Positions 50,292-62,850 of a stretch of 64,000 nucleotides of DNA are shown here, piece after piece. Source of the stretch: Vicugna vicugna (lineage: Eukaryota); the NCBI GenBank assembly GCA_013265495.1, contig MU061538.1:994001-1058000 (forward strand). The letters are read 5' to 3'. The notes below the pieces were generated by a model that saw only the letters and a list, made by a program, of their open reading frames with translations, had not been told where the DNA came from and searched no databases. Numbering within the stretch: the first letter of the stretch is position 1; each line of letters begins with the position of its first letter. The translations under genes and the position numbers were made by a program.

Positions 50292-52792
50292 CTCGCACTG
50301 TGATTATTCTGCACCAAAATAGGATATATTGTTCGTGTTTCCCTTTGGCTCCCGGTGACGGGGCCCAGGTTTTCTCCCACATCCCGGTGGCAGCGCTGTC
50401 TGGAGGCCTGTTAGAAACGCAGCACCGCGGGCCCGCCCTGGGCCCACTGCATCAGAGCCTGTGTTCGTCAGCTCCGCAGCGTCTCAGCAGCCTTTCCCGC
50501 ACGGTGACGTCACAGAACTGCTGGTTTGGAATCCCTCGCTACTTCTGATGGCTTTATGGGCATAACTTATGTAACCAATCTGCGCACAGGGAGTGTTTGC
50601 TTCCTTTTAAAAACGTGTGTGTGTGTGTGTATACACACACCTACACGTTGCACTATTAAACAATTCCACAGCAAACGTTCCTCTGTGTGTGTGTGGCAGG
50701 ACCTTGCAAGTGTTTCACAAGGTTATCATCCTAGAAATTGCTTAGGGAAAGTGTATAAATAGGTTTTTTTAAATTAACAGATAATGCCAAATTTCAGACC
50801 AGAAAACTGAGCCAACTTGTGCTAAATCAAGAGTGTGAGCACCTGTCCCCCAAACCCTCCCCTTTGGTGACGGGTCTGGCCGGTCATTTTTGTCCATCAG
50901 TAGTGAGAGGTCAGCGAGGGAGAGCGTGGCTGCAAGGTTACAGACCTCCTTCGCTAGCTTCCTCACTGCCCAGACCTCCTCCGCAGCCTGCCTCCCACCA
51001 ACCCCGATCGAGAACATGCAAACCCAGGTGCCCTGGGCCCCTTCCTCTCCATCCTTGCGGCCACCACCCCAGTGCCCAGGCCCTACCTGATCCCCTCCAA
51101 TCCGCTCCCGGCCAAAGTGCTCACTTCAGCCCTTGTGGTCTTCGCCCCCCACCTCCTCAGGGATCCTGGGTTTGGCCTCCCGGAGGCCCCTCTTTCCCTC
51201 AGCTGGAACACCTGCCCTGCTCTGCTGGACCCGCCCACCTGTGGGGAGGTAGTTTCCCTGCCTAGTCCGCCTGTGTGGCCCTCGCCCTTGTGGAACTCTG
51301 GGGTCTTCTCTGTGTCTGTGTCTGTGTCTGTGTCTGTGGAGGGAGCTGCTCAGATTCCTTCTTCCTCAACCTCCAGCATCTCAGTGTCTGCCCCTGGGGC
51401 TCATTCAGCTCCTGGTGCCCACTAGGCAGTGAACACATGAGCAAATGAATGAATGAATGAATGCCTTCAGATCATACTGGGGCTGGAATGAACTTTCAGA
51501 GCCAGCACATCCTCAGTCTCTTGCTTTTGGTGCTTTCATTATCGGTGGCATGGCGGAGCAGAGCAGCAGGGTCCAGGTAGGCTGGAGCAAGGGATCTGGA
51601 CCAGCCTGGGGAGAAGGGTGCCCTGGGAGAGGACTTCCGGTGAAACGGGGTCGGAGCATGTTGATTTGCGTTAACTGCAGGGTGAGCTCGTCACCGGACA
51701 CCGCTCACCAGATGACTAAGGAGCGTCCCTGGGCCGCAGACCTGTGCTGACATCTCTGCCCGTAAAGGAAAGGAAAAAAAAGTCACAGTTGTTCATTGCG
51801 ATTTTCAGTGTTTTTAGTTTACAAGCCAACTATTCATCACATTGATCTATAAATAAATTTGAAAGCAGTGATACATCTGGGTCTTCGCAGGCCCCGAGTT
51901 GAGGCAATGGTCTATAAATATATTCGTCTGTGTCACTGATCCCTGTTTTATTAATGTCGTGCTTTCTCTGTGGTTATCAGTCTCGCTCCCGATTACCAAA
52001 GGCCCGACAGAGCCTTTGTTCGCTGATCCGGAGCCGGAGCCCCTCAGCTCTCGGGCAAGCGTCTGGGTGACGAAGTCACACCCCCTGCTGGCTGCAGTTC
52101 AGGTTCCACTAGCTCGCCCTGGCCTTTCAGATGCGTCTCCCCACTTCTGTGGATCTTTCTGTTATCTGGAGAGACTTTCCTTGTTTGGAGTGTGCGTGAC
52201 CTAAATGATCTTGAATTAAGGGTGACGTTTTCGACAGAGGCACACTTCACCCTCTCAGCAGAAGCTAAGCCTATTTCATTAGTTATAAAGGACGTCTCAC
52301 TACTTTCCGCTACCGTCTTTGTTTTTGGTTCTACACGGCTTCATCCACGCAGGGCAGCCTTAGACGAGGCTTGTTTCCCGTTACTACTGGTGCATGAGAC
52401 CATCCATCCTAATGCTCTGCATCGACTGTGACTCTGGCGACATTAGGCCAGGGGTGTCTGCCGCTTTTGTATGCACTTGTTAAACTCTTTGTCTTTCTAC
52501 TTACCGCTATCAAATTCATCTTGCTTAGACTATATTTAGCTTATGTTAGAGCCAGCTAGAAAACCTTGCAGGCAGCTCTTTCCAGTCGCATAAATGCTAC
52601 TTGGTGCCATCACTGGCTCAGTCACCAACCCTTTCTTACTGCCAACGCTGCCTTCTCCATTCAGAAACCCTGGGAATACCATAATCACCAGGCATATTTC
52701 ATTTTTTCTAAATGGAAATAGCTTTCTTTCGGTTATGAGACGTTCAAAAGAACATTTGCAGATAATGTCAAAGAGCTGGAAAAAGAAGGCTG

Positions 52793-52932
52793 TGGAAGGG
52801 GAGGGGATAGCTCAGTGGCAGAGTGTGTGCCTAGCATGCACGAGTTTTAAAATAAACAACAAACAAACAAACCTAATTACTCCCCAAATAAATTTTAAAA
52901 ATACATTAAATAAATAAATAATTTTTAAAAAA
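52793..52932 (+). mobile_element. tRNA-derived SINE (Vic-1-like), internally deleted
   Basis: A-box head present, B-box segment missing; perfect 14-bp TSD GAAAAAGAAGGCTG at 52779-52792 and 52933-52946. Confidence 0.85.
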
Positions 52933-55424
52933 GAAAAAGAAGGCTGCAGAAGATACTTTTGTCCATGACTCCGTGTGTCCTCTATGCAGCAAGTGCCCGG
53001 ATGTCCTGGAGCAAGCGTCTCTCTCTCTCTCTCTGGGTTCTACTGGGGCATCGGGTGAGCTGAGATCAGGAGGGCTGGTACCCGGGGAGGGGCAGCCCGC
53101 GGCCCATCACGGCTCTGTCCCCGGCCGGGCTGGCTCTGAGGGCTGCCGAGCACCGGGCTACTCCTCTTCCTGTCCCAGTCCCCCGCCTCACCACGGGGCT
53201 TCGGGCATCAGCCCTCAGCCAGACCTCGTGCACTAACATCCTTGTCTCAAGGTTTGCTTCTGGAAGAATCCAACTTCACACAGTTGTTAAAAGAAACAAA
53301 ACCTGCTCATCAGAATCAATTACCCAGAACAACCAATGTAGAGTGTTCTTCCCAATCTTTCCAAACCCAAACTTGGTTTCCTCCTTCCTCAGACCCAAAT
53401 TCTTTCTCACACACACACACACACACAATTTTGAAGGAAAGGAGGGTGGGGATCCTATTCCCTTCTGTTTCCCCGAAGCCCCCGTGTGCCCAGGAGAACG
53501 GACCGGTGCAGGCATGGCGACCACAGGCAGATCCCAGGAGTTGTGCTCCGGAGGCAGGGGATGAATTAAGTAAGTCCGCAGAGGCGGGGGCAGGGACGGC
53601 GGCAGTCAGCACTGCTCCACATGTCGGGTGGCTCCTTCTCCCTCTGTCCCCAGAGCCACGAGAGTTAGGTCCCAGCTTCCTGTTCATCCTTTCGTGTGCC
53701 CAGGGGGCTGCCTCACCCTTTGTTCATAGTGACACTGCCCCACCAATCTAGCCCCCATCAACTCTGCCTCTGTTTGAAACTGAGTCTCTCTTTCGCTGTC
53801 CCTAAAGGTCCTCCTCACTCATAATTCCCCGGCGCCTTCTCTCAGCACCTCTGTGATGCCTCCCGCTTGTTTTGAAGCCAAGGACCACGTTTATCCACCG
53901 ACCAGGACCTGGGCCACACTTTTCTGATTTCTATGGTCTGGCGTACAGGCCTTTAGAAAACACCTGCTCATTGGTTGATTGAAGTGGGGAGCTTTTGAAA
54001 TCCCTGGTCGAATCATTTGGATCTAGAGGTTCATATGGGAAATTGTGGGCTCATTTTGGTTATTTTAATCATTCACACGGCAACACGTTTAGTTCTTGGG
54101 GAGAATTTGAGCAGGTTCTTAAAAAAAATTATCCAGTGGTCTTGTCTGCACCTCTTGTTCTGATGATACTTAGTACGTAATGAACTTAGACAGGATTTAA
54201 TTTTTCCACATCAGTCACAAAAGAAAGGCTAACATTCACTGCTGTTGGCCAGGAGCCAGGCACTAGTCTAAGCTTTTAAAAACTTACCATTTCACTTAGT
54301 GTCCCCGAGATCCCAGGAGGCAGCAGGAAGGCTGTGCGATTTACACGGAATCGTGGTCCCTGGTCACCTTGCTGTTGGGGGTGGGGTGGGGGTCAGTGCA
54401 GAAGGTGCCGGCTGCACCTCCCTGGCAGGCCACCTCCGACTCCCGTGCGGGATCTGCAGGTGCCCCCTGAGGGTGAACAGATGCTGCACAAGTGGTGTTA
54501 CCCTGGCAAAAAGTGGGCCCCTCTAGAAATGCTTATCATTTGTACCCACTCATCAAGGCTGTTGCTGCAAAGCAGCTTTCTTTCCTTGCTTCCTCAGCAC
54601 TGAAATTGCATCAGAAAAAAAAAAAAGACAAAGAAACAATAACTACCAGAGGAAAACCAGTATCTATCACCCGACAAGCCAGTTCACTGGAGGTTTGATC
54701 CGTAGCTGGGGGAAGTGGGAACGGGTGCAGACAGGATAATTTTCTTGTTAGCAGAGAGCGCATCTTTAGCAACAGTCAAACGCTACTCGACACTAGCCTT
54801 TAAATTAGCTGTGTTTTAAATAGCAGGGTTTAAAAATACACAACAATAGATCAGGAGACCCCTGTAAATCCGGGTCTCACATCACCCAACCCCATGTCTC
54901 CTTTGTGAAGTGTATGATTAATCTTCTGGTTGCCAGGGAAGTGATCCTTCCTGCTGGAGAGCTGGAGCGTGGATCCGAAGGTCCGCTGACCTCGGTGATG
55001 CTTGCTAGCCTGGTTCTGACTGAACTGCCTGCCGTCCGGCCGAGGACCAGGAAGCCTGCACGTGTTCTGCATTCACAGTGCAGTTCTCACAGGTTTTCAG
55101 AGTCGACGTCTAGACCAAGTCGCACCTGCTTCTCTTGTTTTCCTTCTGGTCAGCTGGTAATGGCTGGCCTTTGCCATGCTAAAGGCATTTCTCTGCTTAT
55201 AAACTCGGTGCCACCACTAGAGTTTTACGATATCAAGTTTGAACCCTAAGAGCTCAAGAGTAAAACCTTCCAGCGTCTGCCGGGGGTGGGGAAGGGCACC
55301 TCCCTGGGACTGGCGTCGGCCGGGAGGAGTCTTCAGGATTTTACCTGGAAAATGAGTCACGTCTAACATTTCATTTCTCAATTAATTTTCCCAAGAAAAT
55401 AAATACAACCAACAAATTACTTTA

Positions 55425-55608
55425 TTTATTTATTTTTTACAACTACTTTGTGCTCCTTGATCACTTTTTAAAACATACAGAAGTATTTGTTTGTTTATTG
55501 GGGGCCAATTAGATTTATTTGTTTATTTTCAGTGGAGGTACCGGGATTCAACCCCAGACCTCATGCATGCTGAGCACGTGCTCTGCTACTGAGCGGTACC
55601 CTCCCCCC
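55425..55608 (-). mobile_element. tRNA-derived SINE (Vic-1-like)
   Basis: Reverse complement GGGGGGAGGGTACCGCTCAGTAGCAGAGCACGTGCTCAGCATGCATGAGGTCTGGGTTGAATCCC; flanks ACAAATTA(C/T)TT. Confidence 0.82.
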
Positions 55609-56269
55609 ACAAATTATTTCACTTGAGTAAACTGTATATTTAATCCTGGAATCATGGGAATGCTTTGGTGTTCAACTAGAGAGCATTCACTCATACTTTG
55701 TAGAGCAGCTGGTTAGAAATACTGTAGAACTTTTCACAGCATTTATTGATCTGTTTCTGGCATTTGAATCCCTAGGCAGGAACTGTCTATGCGCGAGATT
55801 TTACGACCTCAGTATAGATCCAAAGCTTTTAATGCACCTTTTGCCTTTATCATAATGTCACTGAGAAAATCAGAGTGGGTAGGAATGGCCTTCTGACATC
55901 AAGTTCCATGTTTAATTATGTTAAGATGGCTCTGTTTTACACAGCCCTTACAACTAAAGATTTTAGAATAGTTCTTAGCCGATCTGGTCATGTGGCCCCT
56001 AACATTAAATAAACAGCAGATCCTCCTTCAGGTCAATAGTGCAGAACTACTGCTGTGTTCACCAGGTCCTCAGGACACAGTAACCCTACCAACCATCGCC
56101 AAGAGGACAGAAAAATATCGTCACGCCAACAGCAAAATCGCCGTTCTTGTCAGCTTCACTCTGGCATCTGATAATACTGAACAACCTTATGTAGCAGATT
56201 ACCTGACCTGATTAGTTGGGGAATCCACTGGTATACATTTTCAGAAGACTTGCTCAGTTCTTCTATCAC

Positions 56270-56700
56270 TTTTTTATTGAAGTACAGTTGATTTAAAATG
56301 TTGTGTTAGTTTGTAGTATATAGTAAAGCGATTCAGTTACACATATTCATATTACATATATTCTTTTTCAGATTATTTTCCATCATAGGTTATTACAAGG
56401 TATTGAATACAGTTCCCTGTGCTGCACAGTAGGACCTTGTTGTTATCTGTTTTATATATAGCAGTTAATATCTGCTAATCCCAAATTCCCAATTTATCCC
56501 TCTCTCCCCCCAGTTCAAATACATTCTTTAAAAAATTGACATTTTCTTACTCTCCCCCCTGTACTTTGTGATTTTGATGCCCTATTTCACACCTTCATGG
56601 TTATCCTTTTGCTGTTCATTGTAGTTATATTTGCTTCCAAAAAAAATTTTTTTTTAAATCTGTGTACTGGCTTACTGAAGTGGTCTATAGTCCTTTTATA
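56270..56700 (-). mobile_element. LINE-1 3' end fragment(s)
   Basis: TTTTTATTGAAGTACAGTTGATTTAAAATGTTGTGTTAG...ATAGGTTATTACAAGGTATTGAATACAGTTCCCTGTGC. Confidence 0.75.
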
Positions 56701-57639
56701 TCTTTTGGTGAGAGAGGTACCATTCTAGTCAGTGATGTCAGTAAAGGGGGAAGCTCTGCATGTGTCAGAGCAGCAGGTGTATGGGAAATCTCTGTACCTT
56801 CATCTCAAGTTTATTGTAAACCTAACATTGTAACCCCTTGAAAAATAGTTATTTTAAAAAAACTTAGCCTAGGCAATAGATATGAAAGATGAGGACCTTA
56901 AACATTAATTTAGTTTTTATGTCCTTGAAGTTTCATTAACCTGTTTTCAGGAAATTGCACACTTAGACTATTTCACTCTGCACCTCCCTCACCCCACCCC
57001 ACAGCAAACTCTTCAGAGCCATGACGGGGTGTCCTGCCTGTGGATTCTGCAGCAGGCTTATAGCACCCCCATAGCTCATCTTTGTGCTTCCCAGGGGTTT
57101 GCCATGGAGTGTGCTGTTGCCGACCAAGAGATGTGTGGACCAGATGCTCCTTCAGGGATGGCCTCAGCTGCCGAGAGCCTCCCTTCCTTGAGTCATCCAT
57201 GTCCAGTAATGGGGTTGGGGGAGGGGTGTTTCCGGGGCTCCTCCGAGGGGCCACAGCGGGCCCTGCCTCCCTGCAGACTCCTGGTCTGAGCCACAGCTGC
57301 CCGACTCCGGGCCCTCCCCTTTCCTCCATGTGGCTCTCCAGCACAAGCTCCCTCCCAGCCCCCAGATGGGAAAACCCAGCCTTGGACATGGCTCCTCCTA
57401 GTCCCCAGTAAAGACACCTAGGACACACCGTTTTTCTCCTGCATCCTTTCTCTACACAGTGTCCAGACTCATTAAGCTCCAGGGCTGCGTCCTGGAGGGG
57501 GGAGGGGGCCGGGGGGCCCAGGGTCCCTCTGTCTGTCCCTTTCTCTCCATTCTCTGGTCCACATCCTTGAATGATGTCCCAGAAAAGGTGGGGAGAGAGC
57601 AGGAAGCAACCTCCATCTATGTCATACCTGAAAATGATT

Positions 57640-58250
57640 AAATTCTACCTCGTGCTTGATGGCTGGTTTGGGGCCAGGATTTTAGGTAGAACATAATTTT
57701 TTCCCTCAGAGCTTTGAAGATGTTGCTCCATTATTTTCCAGCGTCTAGTGTGGTTTCTGGAAAATCAGATGCCAGTCTGGTTCTTGTCTGTGTGTTCTGA
57801 GTGATGTCTGAGATGTGGGTCTTTTTTCGTTCACTGTGCTGAGAGCCCTCGGTCTGAAGACTTGTGTCTTTGGTTCTGACAATTTCTCACATTATCTCTT
57901 TAGCGACATGCCCCCGTCAGTTTCTTTGTGTTCTCTTTCTGGGACTCTCATTGGTTAGATGTTGGGTTTGTTTTTTGTTTTTTGGTTTTTTTGATTGATG
58001 TTCTAAGTCTTTCGTTGTTTCCCATAGTTTTCACTTCTTTATCTTTTTTCCTTAGCTCCATCTTCCAACTTTTCCACTGATGTTTTCAATTTCAGCCTTC
58101 TTTTTAAACTTACTTGTCTCCTGTTTTTTTCCTTTTCATATCATCCCATTTTTGTTTTATCAATGCATTGGTTCCCCAGCATCTCTAAGATATTATTTAA
58201 AGTCCGTTTGAGGGTCTGTTCTGTTGTCTGCAATATCTCAAAGCACTCTA
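57640..58250 (-). mobile_element. Old LINE-1 fragment
   Basis: T-rich, with CTTTGAAGATGTTGCTCCATTATTTTCCAGC and TCAGATGCCAGTCTG typical of antisense old L1. Confidence 0.5.
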
Positions 58251-61200
58251 GGTTTTTAATATACTGTTTTAGTTTACTCCTACTTTGAAAAACATGCTTT
58301 CATATAAATTCAGAAGCACTGCACACTGGTGGAGGGAAAACGGAATTGGAAGACGAAACTGAAAAATGCAACAATGAAAGAAATCACATCCCATCACCTA
58401 CAGATTAACACTATTTCCATCTGAACAGGTATCTCTCCAGGTGTGCGTGTATACACGCACATTGTACTGTTTACAAACACACTGTGTCTATTTCTAGTCG
58501 GGATGGGATCATAGGTACATATGATTTCTTGGTTCCCTTTTTCTTCTTTCTCTTGCTCTGTCTCCTTTTCTTATTTCTGGCTTCCCAGGAATGTCTGGTC
58601 GTTCTTTGTTGACTTTCAAGCTAAGAGGCCATGGTTCTTATTTTCTGCATAGGCTCACCGTGCCAGGCTTCACCTTCGGGTGAGCAGGATGGGAGACCTA
58701 CGGGCTTGTCACGTGAAGAGACTTGCACTACGAGTTCCTCGGAAATGGGGACACGGAATTCGCAGGAAAGCATGTGCTTTAATGTTTTGTTACGTTTCTG
58801 CAAGAGTCTATGATCTCCTTCAGTGAGACTGAAAGCCAAGGCCATTGAGAACTGGCACAGCCATGCTGTGCCTTTCCAGGGGGCCTTGGCGGCTCTGCTT
58901 TGGGGTGGTCAGGCCAGGGGCCAGCTGTTCCTCTGGGGGCCCCCTGAGGGCTAGAATGCCAAGCAAGGCAGAGTTTGTTCCATGCAGTAGCTTCAGTTTT
59001 TTCATCTAACCATACAGTTAGGGTTGTTCCATTTCACAGCAGGCAGGTCTACCTCGGTCTTTTCGAAGCAGCGGAGCGTTCCGTGACAAGGCCGCTCACG
59101 TGGGCTTCCGAGCCGCCCCTCCTGCACGGGGGCTCTGCGAGGCAGGCTCTGGGCTTCCTCTTGCGGCTTGCTGGGCAGCCTACTTCAACTGGTCCTTCCC
59201 TTTGGGCTTATCCCTGAGGTCACTGTTGCCAGTGGCTGATATCTGCAAGCCCTGTGACATGAACCCGCCACGGGGAGTCTTCAGCTGGGTTACTGCGAGG
59301 CCTTTTTGAGCCAGAGGTTAGCATATGAATGAAGACTGTGGCTGTTACCGTACATTAAATAATGGCTGGGAATGATTGGAAGAAAAACATCCCTATGTTC
59401 TCCTGCGGAGTGTGAGATTGATGAGAATGGATTACTCTGCCAAGAGACCTCAAAAATATTACAACCTTTTATTCCTCTGCAGCTTGGAGGAGTGCGTATT
59501 CATTTCTATGCTGTTACAAAAAAACTCTCACAACAATTCTGAGCTAAAAACATATTAAATCATCACGTTAATTATATCGAAACAGCCCACTGAGATTCTG
59601 TCGCTAATCTAGTTTAAGCTTGGCATCTCCAGCTCATCCAATATTTTATTTCTCCTCAGGTCACATTAGTCAGATGGGCATGAACAACTGTATTTATTTA
59701 TCTTATTAGTTTATTTTGGTCAAGCCATAAATTACGATAGAATTATAACGATTCCTCCGTTTATATACATCTCACAGTCACATTCAGACTTGACGTTTTC
59801 AAATGCGGTCTAAACACGATATAAATATTACCCCTTCCACAATTGTTTCCTCCACTTTTCAAGAGGAGTTGAAGGGGCTCAGAATTCTGGATTCTGTTTT
59901 TCTCTCTGAAACTCTCCCGTTTAGTGCTTTATTTGTGGCACTATGTCTATGTGCAAGTAGAGACAAGAAGAGTCACGTAGTGTGACAATGTGCTGTAAAG
60001 CTGAAGAAAAAAAAAGAGAAAAAAAGAGAAAAAAGACGCTAGTGGAGGGCGGGGTGCCCCCGGGCCTAGAACCCTGTCTGTTGCTTGCGGATTTCACCCA
60101 GAGGGTCCAGCACGGCAGCAGACGCCCAGGCTCCCCACGACCCAGACACGTTTTCAGTGTCTGCAGGACCACGCAGGGGAGGCACCCGAAACCCTCCCCT
60201 ACTCCCCTCCGCTCACACCCTCATAGCCTGCGACGGAGGGGCCGCTCCTGCAGATGCGCGCAGGCCCGAGCAAGAGGGCACCTCTCCCCCAGAAGGCCTC
60301 CCAGGGCCACCTCCGTGAACACAGAGCACTCCGTGTGGGTCAGGCCCTTGTCCTGAGCTGCACAGCCTCGGAAACTCGACTTCAGCAGGAGACTGGGAGC
60401 ACGTCGCTGTGAGGGACACAGGCGGCTGTCACAGGGCATCTCAAGTGCTGCGTTGTTATTCTGGCTGTCTGGTCCCAGGAAGGGGGCACAGCCTCGTCTC
60501 CCACCCAGGGGGTGAAAGGGGGCAGAGCTTCCCGCTTCCTGCCCCTGGCAGCCAGAATGGGGACATGGGAGCCAATCGGATGCGTCTGCCCAGGACGCTT
60601 CTGTGAAGCTTCAGAGCCAGACTCAAGGCATCCTTGTCTTGGTCAGGTTTCTCTCTTCCACAGCACGATGCAGGGACTGCGGGTGGCGGTGACTCTCCTT
60701 GACTCTGCAGAGGCCAGATCGCAGAGGCAGGACACGGAAACAGGTCATGGAGACTCACGGAAGAGCTCAGGGGGATCGGGGCACGTGGGTCCAACTTGGG
60801 AGGAAATAGCTCACACTGAGGGACCCCCTAAACTGTCAAGTCAGGGGATACAGGGAGCCTGGACCTCGGCAGGACTGGGGCAAGAGAAAGCCATGTGCAG
60901 GGACCAGAAATGGAGGGGTTGAGACCATGCCAGCCTCATCAGGATCCACCCCCCCCCCCGCCATGCTGCCTCTTCGAAGAAGAACACCCTGAAATGGCCA
61001 GTCTACAATGTGAGGGGGTGGGCAGGAAGGTCACTGGCAGGGGAAAGTACCTGACTCACAAGGTCACGAGCTCCCGGTGAGGGCAGGGCTGTGCCACCTC
61101 CGTTCCCCTCCATCCCAGTGTCTCTGGCAGCCTGGACCCTCCCCTTCAGGGCAGCCCCCGGCCCCTGGTTTTTGTTAGCATCCCTTGTGTTTTCAGTTCT

Positions 61201-61869
61201 CTCACTTGTTGCCATGTCTCTGCTTCTTGGTTGCCAGTTAAGCAGGAAGCGTTCTCTCTTCAGGTGGTAGCAATATTACTGCTATTGAAATAAAAAGAAT
61301 AATGGAGGCAATGTTCCAGGTCAGACAGAAAATCATGAAACCACTTTCAATGAAGAGTAAAACCTTTTGGATGTGTGTGCTGTATACATAGAGTGACGGC
61401 TATTATGTAACAGTCTTAAAATCACAACCGCAAAGGCAGGTGGCTGTCGTGATCCAAGGCACCGTCTCTGCAATCAGAGTGAGGACATTTGTGAATTAGC
61501 AGGTGAGACCGATGCTAAATCAGAGGAAGGAAAGGCAAAGGAATTTTTCTGCATTGCACTTGCACAGTCACTTTTTAGGAACAGTTTGACTGGCATCGGG
61601 TCTTGGTGATACAGTGCTAATGATGCAGCTCCCCCAGCGCGGCACCGGCTTGCCACGTTATAGCTCCGAGTCAGCTTCTCCAGGGGGCGTCCGGGAAGTG
61701 TCTGCAATGTTGTGGACTGTTTTCCCACAGGAGGCGAAGCATGGAAACCATCCTTCCTCCTGGTTCCGCTTTTAAATACCCTGGAACCGAGCAGTGAATG
61801 GTGGCACCATTTTTGCTGCAAGCAACGGAAAACTCACGAGGCAGAGGAAGCCCATTGCAGTGACCATAT

Positions 61870-62850
61870 TTCTGCTCTTTCTGCTCTTTCTTCTTGGTTC
61901 CAAGATTCCTTCTTTTGTCATTTCCTTAATGTTTGGAGAATTTCCTTCAGCCATTCTTTCACGGTAGGTCTGTTAGCAACAAATTCTTTTAGTGTTTCTT
62001 CTTCTGAGAAGGTCTTTACGTTCCCTTTGTTCCTGAAGGAGTTTCACTGAGGCTACAGGACTGTGGCTGAAGGACGTTTAAAAGTCTCTGACACTGAGAC
62101 TGTGTAATTTCTGTCGATCTGTCCTCACGGTCACTGATCCCAGCCCTTGTCACCCTCCCTCCACTACCGAGTGTGACCGTGACTTTTCCATTTTGGTTAC
62201 TGCAGTTTTCAGTTCTATCATTTTCATTGGTTCTTTCTTTCTTTCTTTTTTTAAATAACGTCTATTTCTAAGCTGAGGTTTCTACGTTTTCATTTATTTT
62301 CAGAGAATCTGTAGTTACTCACTGGTGCATTTTCATTCAAGGCTGCTTTAAAACCCTGCCGGATGACTCAAAGTCCAGTCTGGTCTTCTTGGTGTTGGCC
62401 CTGGTTGACTGTCTTTTCCTGTTCTGGCTGTGATATTCCTAGTTCTTGGGACGACAGGGGATTTTCGGTTGTACCCTGGGCATCGTGGCTGTTACACTCG
62501 GAGCCCAGGGCAATTTGGGTCTTTATTTCACCAGGCGGCCTCCCCGTCTAGGTTTAGCGAACAGTTCTTGCCCTGCGTCTATGGGCTGTGGTCCCAACGG
62601 CAGTTTAGGGCCCAGAGTTTCATGGTGCTTTCAGTCTGTTACCTACTGCTGGTGGGGCTGCCCCTGGTCCCTGCTGGGGCCACCTAAGAGGGTGGTGGGA
62701 CCTTCCCAGGCCGGGCCACCTGGTGCCCCCCTGGGAAAGAGTTCCCAGCCCAGTTCCCAGAGTGTTTCCTGGGCCAGATGATGAAGTCCCCCCGTAGCCC
62801 CGGCCGCGCAGCTTCTCTAGGTGGGTGAGGGCACGTATCCCCTCACCTCT
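61870..62850 (-). mobile_element. Old LINE-1 fragment
   Basis: GAATTTCCTTCAGCCATTCTTT...GGTCTGTTAGCAACAAATTCTTTTAG...CTGAAGGA; T-rich antisense L1 character; boundaries approximate. Confidence 0.55.
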
